From an uncultured Acidobacteriota bacterium (GTDB lineage: Bacteria > Acidobacteriota > Terriglobia > Acidiferrales > UBA7541), in assembly GCA_963797345.1 (NCBI GenBank), contig CAWCPO010000013.1, forward strand, positions 18,830 through 82,829: 64,000 nt of DNA, in the 5' to 3' direction. Each line of letters starts with the position of its first letter. Positions within the stretch are counted from its first letter, which is position 1. Of this stretch, positions 58,281-64,000 are shown piece after piece. A program made the translations under genes and the position numbers. The notes under the pieces were generated by a model. It was not told where the DNA came from, ran no database searches, and saw nothing but the letters and a program-made list of their open reading frames with translations.

Positions 58281-59449
58281 ATGGTTCGCAGGCGGTATCA
58301 ACGAGGTTCGCTTTTCAAGCGCGGCAAACGTGAAAGGGTCTGGGTTGCCCGCTGGTGGGAGGATGTGATCAACGCGGACGGAACAATGGGAAGGATGCGC
58401 CGTTCAATGGTAATCGGTACGGTTGCAGAACTAACCACGCGCCGTCTCGCCATGCATGCTCTCTCGCAGCGGCTCCTGCTTTTGAACAATGGGAGCCAAC
58501 ATCCACAAGCCATGCGCACGTTGAAGGACTTTGTGCGAATGGATTGGGAACCAGTAGTGCTTCCGACCCTTAAGTACGCAACACAAATGCATTACAAGTA
58601 CATGCTCCGCGTTCATCTGATTCCAGCATTTGGTGAACGACGGCTCCCTGATATTTCGCGCGCGGCGATTCAAGTATTGTTGGCCGCAAAGCTTCGCGAC
58701 GGGCTTTCTTGGGAGACCGTACATCACATCCGATGTGCGCTGAGCAAAGTGCTGGGTACTGCGGAGGAGTGGGGCTATATCTCCGACAATCCAGTACGCA
58801 AGACGCGACTCCCGAGAAGGGATTGCACTTCAGAACGGCCCATCGTTACGCCACAGCAAGTGAAGCGTCTGACAACCGCTCTTCCAGAGCCCGCCAAATC
58901 CATCGCGCTGCTTTTAGTGCTGACGGGATTACGAATTGGCGAGCTTCTCGCGCTTCGATGGAAGAACGCGGACCTGGACGACCAAATGCTGCGCGTAACC
59001 GAAACCGTTTACGAGGGGCACTTCGACAAGCCAAAGACAAAGCGAAGTGTCCGTGCAATTCCATTGTGTCGAGAAGCTGTGTCGATACTCTCCTCTTTGC
59101 GCCAAGATGCATGTGAACCTGAGCAATTAGTCTTCGCGACTTGCTCAGGCCGTCCACTGTGCCGGCGAAACTTCTGCAGCGCCAATTGCGACCTACGTGC
59201 AAGGAACTCGGTTTGCCACGAATTACGTGGCATGCCTTGCGCCACTGCCACGCGACGTTGCTGGACGTTGTAGGAGCACCGCTGGGCACCGTGCAGGCGC
59301 TTTTAGGCCACGCATCGCCGGAAGTTACACGGCAAATTTATCTGCACGCGATTCCGGAGGAACAGCGCAGAGCGGTTGAAAAGGTCGAGAAGCTCCTTAT
59401 TGGACCCAAATGGACCCAAGTTTCGGGAGCCGAGCAAAGGCCGAATTAG
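58281..59449 (+). pseudogene. int: tyrosine recombinase/integrase with a -1 frame break at about 59159-59162
   Basis: GAAGGAGGAACG-ATG start. MVRRRYQRGSLFKRGKRERVWVARWWEDV N-terminus and LTGLRIGELLALRW (Arg I) in frame A. HALRHCHATLL and RQIYLH (Tyr) in the frame of ORF 59141..59449. Confidence 0.9.
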
Positions 59450-59520
59450 CAAGTGATTGAAATGCAGGGAGATGTTGGTGGACGTGGCCGGGATCGAACC
59501 GGCGACCCCCTGCTTGCAAA
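59153..59520. repeat. 368-bp direct repeat, copy 2, including att core (c) at 59476-59520
   Basis: Identical to 28808-29175. The core is followed by unrelated sequence, not by a tRNA 5' half. Confidence 0.9.
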
Positions 59521-59697
59521 TGAGATTTAAGAATGCTATGTGGTTTTCGTTTCTTGCCTTTACCTATGTCGTGGTACACGGTTTTTGACGGTATTTGGCA
59601 GCATTTGTTCCCAAGTTGTTCCCGAATTTTTTTCGTGCCTGACCCCCTGCTTGCGCGTAGTTTACTGTGACAAGCTGCGACAGGTTACCGTGACGGC

Positions 59698-60540
59698 CTA
59701 ACCTCCGCTTTCGGGAGGCAGAGGCTTGTCCGGCGTGATGGCCGAGATGATTTCGGAAGCGGTGCGCTGGACGAGTTCGAGGCTCTCAAGCAGCACAACG
59801 GCGTCGCCATACCACAACGAGATGTAATCCGCGCTCGACGTTCCGGTCTCCAGGCCGATTGCTTGGCAAACCACAAACGCGACGGCCTCGGCTTCCGTTT
59901 CACGGATGCGCTTCGTCGTGCTTGCGCGGCGCTCGGTCCGGTGAAGTCGCTCGTGGGCTATTTCGTGTACCAGCGTTGCCACGGTTTCAGCCGGAGACTG
60001 GCCGGGTAACAGCTTAATCTTCCCGCCTTCTGAGATGCCCTTCGCGGGCGCGATGTCCTCCGAATATTCAAGCGCAATGCCTTGGTCCTGAATGAATTGT
60101 TCGAGCTGCTCGCGATGCACACCTGGATCGCCGTTGACGCTGCCGATTTGGGGCAACGGATTTCCTGCGGTCATACTCTCGTCGAAAACATAAACGGCAC
60201 GGAAGCCCGTCAGTGCGCGGGAGTCTTTGGAATCCAGCTTGGCATTTTCCCCTTCGTTGCTTTCGTCCCTGCGGCGACGAAACACGGGGGCAAGGATCAT
60301 GATTCCCTTCTCGCCTTTCTTGACGTATCGTCCCAACGATTTCCAGGTCTGATACCCGGCCACGCGCGTTGCTTGCGGGCAGGTTCGCGCGATAAGCATC
60401 ACGTTGAAAAAACTGTAACGGTGGAATCTGCCCATTGCTGCGAGATAATTCGTCAACGCTTCGCTGTGACCGGCATTGAGCGCCGTGACTAGCTCCTCGA
60501 TTGCCTTGCTTGTGATTTGTTTGATTTGTTCTGATTTCAT
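59698..60540 (-). CDS. ardC: ArdC-like antirestriction protein (ssDNA-binding N-domain plus zincin-like metallopeptidase)
   Basis: 280 aa. FHRYSFFNVMLI and GYQTWKSLGRYVKKGEKGI N-domain blocks. HEIAHERLH metallopeptidase motif. Confidence 0.85.
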   Translation of the reverse strand: MKSEQIKQITSKAIEELVTALNAGHSEALTNYLAAMGRFHRYSFFNVMLIARTCPQATRVAGYQTWKSLGRYVKKGEKGIMILAPVFRRRRDESNEGENAKLDSKDSRALTGFRAVYVFDESMTAGNPLPQIGSVNGDPGVHREQLEQFIQDQGIALEYSEDIAPAKGISEGGKIKLLPGQSPAETVATLVHEIAHERLHRTERRASTTKRIRETEAEAVAFVVCQAIGLETGTSSADYISLWYGDAVVLLESLELVQRTASEIISAITPDKPLPPESGG

Positions 60541-60554
60541 TTTTCTTTTCCTTT

Positions 60555-60616
60555 CGGTGAGTTTCGCTTCGGTCCCTTCAACCAGGCACAGGGACCGAAG
60601 CGAAACGCACTCACCG
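60555..60616 (-). promoter_or_regulatory. 62-nt bulged hairpin immediately 5' of the ardC RBS
   Basis: 7-bp plus 16-bp stems (CGGTGAG/CTCACCG; TTTCGCTTCGGTCCCT/AGGGACCGAAGCGAAA), a 4-nt bulge and a 12-nt loop. Ends 15 nt before the start codon. Confidence 0.5.
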
Positions 60617-60975
60617 GAAGGACAAGGCGGAAGTGGCTCACTGTTTGCGGCTGGAGCGGGTTGCAGCGGGCGTGACAGATCGCCATTTACCTGGCGCGAC
60701 CGTTGCTAGCGGAAGCCAGATGGGGCAAGCTTGGAAAGTCAATCTTAAATCGCTACCGAATTACCGACAATCCTCCACAAATCTGGTGAGCGTTAACTTA
60801 GAAGGTGTGACGGATCATTACATGATACGTGGCCTGCTTTGTTCTTCTGCAACTTACGTGTTCGGTGTTGTACGGTGTGTGGCATGATTGCGGCACGTTC
60901 TGCTCCCAAACTTGCTCCTATATTTGTGCTCTGACTAGCTGCCAGAATTTTAGAGGGTCAGCTACAGGGTGTTTT

Positions 60976-61209
60976 CTACGCCAGTTCAATCGTTACTCGC
61001 CGTCCGACCATCGCGGCCGCTCGTTGCAGGCTAGAAAGCGTGATGTCGCTCTTCGGATCAAGGAGTCGGTCAACCTGGGTGGGGCTTGTCTTGAGCAGAG
61101 CAGCACCAAGCGCTACGCCGAAAAGGTCCCGCCCACACTTGATGCTGGTCAGAATTGGTTGTTGACCATTTTCTCGCGGACTTCTTGAATCCAAGCACGA
61201 CGGCGTCAA
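60976..61209 (-). CDS. XRE-family HTH protein (antitoxin-like)
   Basis: 77 aa. The C-terminal TSPTQVDRLLDPKSDITLSSLQRAAAMVGRRVTIEL matches the HTH_3/XRE helix-3-onward pattern. 4-nt overlap with the upstream gene. Confidence 0.55.
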   Translation of the reverse strand: MTPSCLDSRSPRENGQQPILTSIKCGRDLFGVALGAALLKTSPTQVDRLLDPKSDITLSSLQRAAAMVGRRVTIELA

Positions 61210-61877
61210 GGTGGTTGAGCATTTCTCTGATCGAGGCTTTTGTCAAAGCGCATATACCTTTCCTTGTCGATCTCGCCGATGATCTGAAGTAGGCTCATTG
61301 CCATTCTCACGCACCCTTCTGCCTCAGGTTTGCCAAATTGTGCCTGGCCGAAATGCAATATCTTGTTCCGCTTGCGAAATAACTCTTCGGCGAAATACGA
61401 TTTCGGCGACCTGGCTCCTATATTCTGGTGAATCTGTTGGAGGACTGTTGCTAAATCCGTTCGACGGACCAGGAAAGCGTCGAAGTTTTCACCAACGAGT
61501 AGTTGAGTGATACAGTCGAGCTTGCCCGTAATACCGCCTTGGACTCTCCGGAACTCCTCTTCCCACGCGTCAGTGTGGGTTTGCGTTACTTCACATGGGA
61601 TCAGGCCAGCATCGAGCATTTTCCACTTGGAGTGCAAAAATGCCAGTTCGCATTCGACACACATCGCACTCAGGATGATTGCAAGTGAAAAGTCTTCGCC
61701 TAGCAATTCAGCTTCGGCCCGGCAAAGCACTCTGCGGCTAACGGGTATGCTGGATTGCACGACATAGATGGTAGCGCCGCACTCGCACTGTAAGTCCGGG
61801 TACGGCTCATTTCCCTTCGTCTCAACGGTGAGACGTTTTCCACATGTCGGGCAAGGTACCAACATCGGGAACTTCAT
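61206..61877 (-). CDS. zinc-ribbon protein with a HEPN-like (Rx4-6H) helical domain
   Basis: 223 aa. CPTCGKRL...CECG ribbon. ELFRKRNKILHFGQ contains the R-N-x-x-x-H motif typical of HEPN/DUF4145 RNases. Confidence 0.5.
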   Translation of the reverse strand: MKFPMLVPCPTCGKRLTVETKGNEPYPDLQCECGATIYVVQSSIPVSRRVLCRAEAELLGEDFSLAIILSAMCVECELAFLHSKWKMLDAGLIPCEVTQTHTDAWEEEFRRVQGGITGKLDCITQLLVGENFDAFLVRRTDLATVLQQIHQNIGARSPKSYFAEELFRKRNKILHFGQAQFGKPEAEGCVRMAMSLLQIIGEIDKERYMRFDKSLDQRNAQPP

Positions 61878-62003
61878 GACCGGAAGTGTAGACCGAGTGA
61901 GCGTTTGTAGCTATGTTTCTCGAAGGTCTCCTGAGGCAGTGCAGACCGGCAATGACCGACCGGACGCCAACTCGCCGCAGATGTTGAGAACGGAGAATGA
62001 ACC

Positions 62004-62228
62004 ATGAAGCGAGAACCGATGTGGGCGCATTGGGACGGCTCGGGCTACTCGAAACTCTACCAACTATACCGAAGAGTTCAAATAGTGGCTGTCAAATTAA
62101 ACAGACGCAGGAAACTTAGATGGGTGCCAATCAAAAGGTACAACAGTGAGCTTTACGCCATTTCGGACCAACTGAAGGTGCTCGATGGAGAGTACGATCG
62201 GCAAAGAAGGAAAGCCCCGAGGCGCTGA
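62004..62228 (+). CDS. hypothetical basic protein (74 aa)
   Basis: ORF only. Partly overlapped by an antisense ORF (62153..62578). Coding strand unresolved. Confidence 0.25.
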   Translation: MKREPMWAHWDGSGYSKLYQLYRRVQIVAVKLNRRRKLRWVPIKRYNSELYAISDQLKVLDGEYDRQRRKAPRR

Positions 62229-62527
62229 ACGAACGGCACGTCGTCTCCTTTACGCACCAAGCGCACCTTGCTGCGATGCATGTTCATTATCTGAAGGAAG
62301 CACAGCGCTCTGTTTTGCGAGGTGGCGAGCCCAGAAGGAAGGCTGGCCGAGAGAGTAACGGAAAGTTCTGAGTTGCTGATCTTGTACATCTGCACGACTG
62401 TTCCATTGTGGGCTAGCTGTTCGCCAACTAAGCTACCCGACATAGAGGGAACGCTGATGAAAATCATGCGCATGGTTATTGGGTTCTTCTGCTGGCTGTT
62501 GCAGGAGGCACGGCTCACGGGCAAATT

Positions 62528-63532
62528 GTGAATCGAGTAGCCGAAGTTTCGAATTCTGTGCGCGCACGAGACCGCCAATCGCCAGCCACACGGAGGAGCA
62601 TACCAGCGATAGCCAAAGCCGCAGATGGGGCTATCGTATCAATCGTCCTGTCGGACAAAGATGGTCACGCTATCGCCCAAGGCAGCGGCTTCGTTGTAAG
62701 CAGCGATGGCATCATCATGACAAATTATCACGTCATTGAGGAAGGTAGTTCCGCCATCGTTAAGCTCCCTGACGGCGCATTCTTTGTTGTCGATGGATTG
62801 CTCGCATCCGACAAAGCCCGCGATATGGCCATCATCAAGGCACACGGCAAAAACTTTCGGACGCTCACTCTCGGAAATTCGGATCGACTTCAAGTAGGAG
62901 AGGAAGTCGTTGCTATTGGTAATCCGCTTTCTCTCGAATCGACCGTCTCAAATGGCATAGTCAGTGGGATCCGTACAGTCGAGGAGAAGGGCGGCAAGTA
63001 CTTGCAAATCACCGCGCCCATCTCCCCCGGTAGCAGCGGCGGGCCACTTTTCAATATGGCGGGACAGGTAATTGGGATCACAACTATGTACATCCAAGGA
63101 GGCGAAAACTTAAATTTCGCAATCCCCATAAATGACGCCAAACCTCTGCTGGCGGAATCCGAAGGGCCAGAGGCGGCAGCCGATCTATCGGGCGATTACG
63201 CCTGCGATGTTGATGTCATTCCGATGCATTTAACTCTCAACGTGTCGGGACAGGTCCTCGTTCTAACTATTCATTCTAGTAACGGGGCAGAGGGGGAGAC
63301 GCGTTTCCACCGGGATGGCCATACATGGATCGAAGAAGGTGCGGGGGATTATCTTTACAAGCTCGGAGAACCCACCCCTACTTTTTCCGTTACGAATACA
63401 ATGCGCTTTTTTCTCCGCAATACGTTCGTGTATGACAAATCTCGAGGAGAAATGTACGCCGGCGCCGAGACAGTAGGCTATCCTCCGTACCTAACTCTTT
63501 CCGGAACCTGCAAGCGGGTGCCAGCAAAATAA
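62528..63532 (+). CDS. trypsin-like (S1C/HtrA-type) serine protease without PDZ or signal peptide, plus an unknown 130-aa C-terminal domain
   Basis: GSGFVVSSDGIIMTNYHV (His), DMAIIK (Asp), and TAPISPGSSGGPLFN (Ser) catalytic blocks. GTG start. Confidence 0.8.
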   Translation: MNRVAEVSNSVRARDRQSPATRRSIPAIAKAADGAIVSIVLSDKDGHAIAQGSGFVVSSDGIIMTNYHVIEEGSSAIVKLPDGAFFVVDGLLASDKARDMAIIKAHGKNFRTLTLGNSDRLQVGEEVVAIGNPLSLESTVSNGIVSGIRTVEEKGGKYLQITAPISPGSSGGPLFNMAGQVIGITTMYIQGGENLNFAIPINDAKPLLAESEGPEAAADLSGDYACDVDVIPMHLTLNVSGQVLVLTIHSSNGAEGETRFHRDGHTWIEEGAGDYLYKLGEPTPTFSVTNTMRFFLRNTFVYDKSRGEMYAGAETVGYPPYLTLSGTCKRVPAK

Positions 63533-63841
63533 CCACGCGACCATCGCTGTTCGATCTCGTCCATACTCGGCGTTCAGGGGGAGGCCAGGGCCATGACGGC
63601 CTTTGCCTAACCATTTCAAGTGATTCGAATTCGCTAAGGACGTGGTCATTCCGGGATTTCAGGTAGGCCAAGCGTGATGACCGGCCAGCGCCGGGCCGCC
63701 ATGTTTTCATGCTTGACGGGGAAGAGCATTTTGGCGCTTGTCTTTCGTTAGCAGACTTAGAACGATTGACGGAGTCCTTGCAGCGTAGCAACGCCTGCCC
63801 TGTTCATCGCTTACCGCCTTTCGGGCTGCTCAGCGTTTGAT

Positions 63842-64000
63842 ATTACTTAACCTCGATCCAAAAATCATGGGGAGGTTCACTACCATCTTCCGTAATTACT
63901 CCGGACAATGATACTCGGCCCATTCATGCTCGCCTTGGTCTGTGTATCGCGTATGCCCAGTAAAAGTGGCCTCAATATGATGCATCGGGCATTCGACTTG
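63842..64000 (-). CDS. 3' end of an unidentified ORF entering from the right window edge
   Basis: Open minus-strand frame over 52 codons (...QVECPMHHIEATFTGHTRYTDQGEHEWAEYHCPGVITEDG...EVK*), with Cys/His spacing. Not in the track because it has no start. Confidence 0.25.

Larger units (their letters stand above)
31519..59520. mobile_element. E_b: about 28-kb integrative element carrying the Rhs toxin arsenal, with the integrase at its right end
   Basis: Bounded by cores (b) and (c). RHH, excisionase and tyrosine integrase module at 57549-59449, abutting core (c). Confidence 0.7.
59521..64000. mobile_element. E_c: left part of a further mobile element (continues beyond the window)
   Basis: Arm-type repeat variant at 59607-59626, a 14-nt partial core copy at 59641-59654, and ArdC, toxin-antitoxin-like and protease genes. 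Confidence 0.5.

Noticed and set aside
29131-59654. Calling any of the three cores an intact tRNA gene
   Set aside because: The required 5' strands (about GGGCGTG acceptor, CCTGC anticodon stem, D-arm) are absent next to all three copies. Only positions 32-76 are present.
62153-62578. 141-aa minus-strand ORF overlapping 62004..62228 and the protease start
   Set aside because: There are no recognisable motifs and it conflicts with two plus-strand ORFs. The coding strand cannot be decided from sequence alone, so it is not annotated.

Overview
GC-rich bacterial chromosome; gene content and repeat style look Acidobacteria-like, which is a low-confidence inference. The window has two parts.

**Backbone, about 1-28,650.** Conserved housekeeping genes: atpH(partial)-atpA-atpG-atpD-atpC, a glutaredoxin-like gene, nagA, clpB-htpX, rlmI-like, queA, a metallophosphoesterase, a cytochrome c, and a LuxR-type regulator. 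It also carries an ACP / acyl-CoA ligase / PLP-decarboxylase trio and a kdp operon: two 28-aa peptides, kdpA, kdpB, an inserted 77-aa membrane ORF, and kdpC.

**Accessory region, about 28,650-64,000.** A stack of integrative elements separated by three copies of a 45-nt core equal to the 3' half of tRNA-Ala(TGC), at 29131-29175, 31519-31563 and 59476-59520. No intact tRNA lies in the window.
- A truncated integrase fragment is fused back-to-back to a response-regulator remnant.
- E_a is a 2.4-kb integrase-less mini-island with a two-gene cargo: an Endonuclease_NS_2-type nuclease and an RRM-Mrr_cat fusion.
- E_b is a 28-kb element. It carries a Sec-signal/Kelch/Ig-fronted Rhs (YD-repeat) toxin and eight start-less orphan Rhs-CT cassettes, seven followed by an immunity-like ORF. 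Its backbone has an RHH protein, an excisionase and a tyrosine integrase.
- E_c is the start of a third element, with ArdC behind a 62-nt hairpin, a zinc-ribbon/HEPN-like plus XRE-HTH pair, and a trypsin-like protease.

**Best candidates for something undescribed.**
- The nuclease + RRM-Mrr module on the satellite island.
- The HEPN-like/XRE pair.
- The envelope-biased orphan toxin arsenal.

**Caveat.** Five single-nucleotide frameshifts (htpX, the PLP decarboxylase, kdpB twice, the integrase) suggest either assembly indel errors or real gene decay. This must be resolved before over-interpreting any of it.

All homology calls come from motif recognition by eye; no searches were run.
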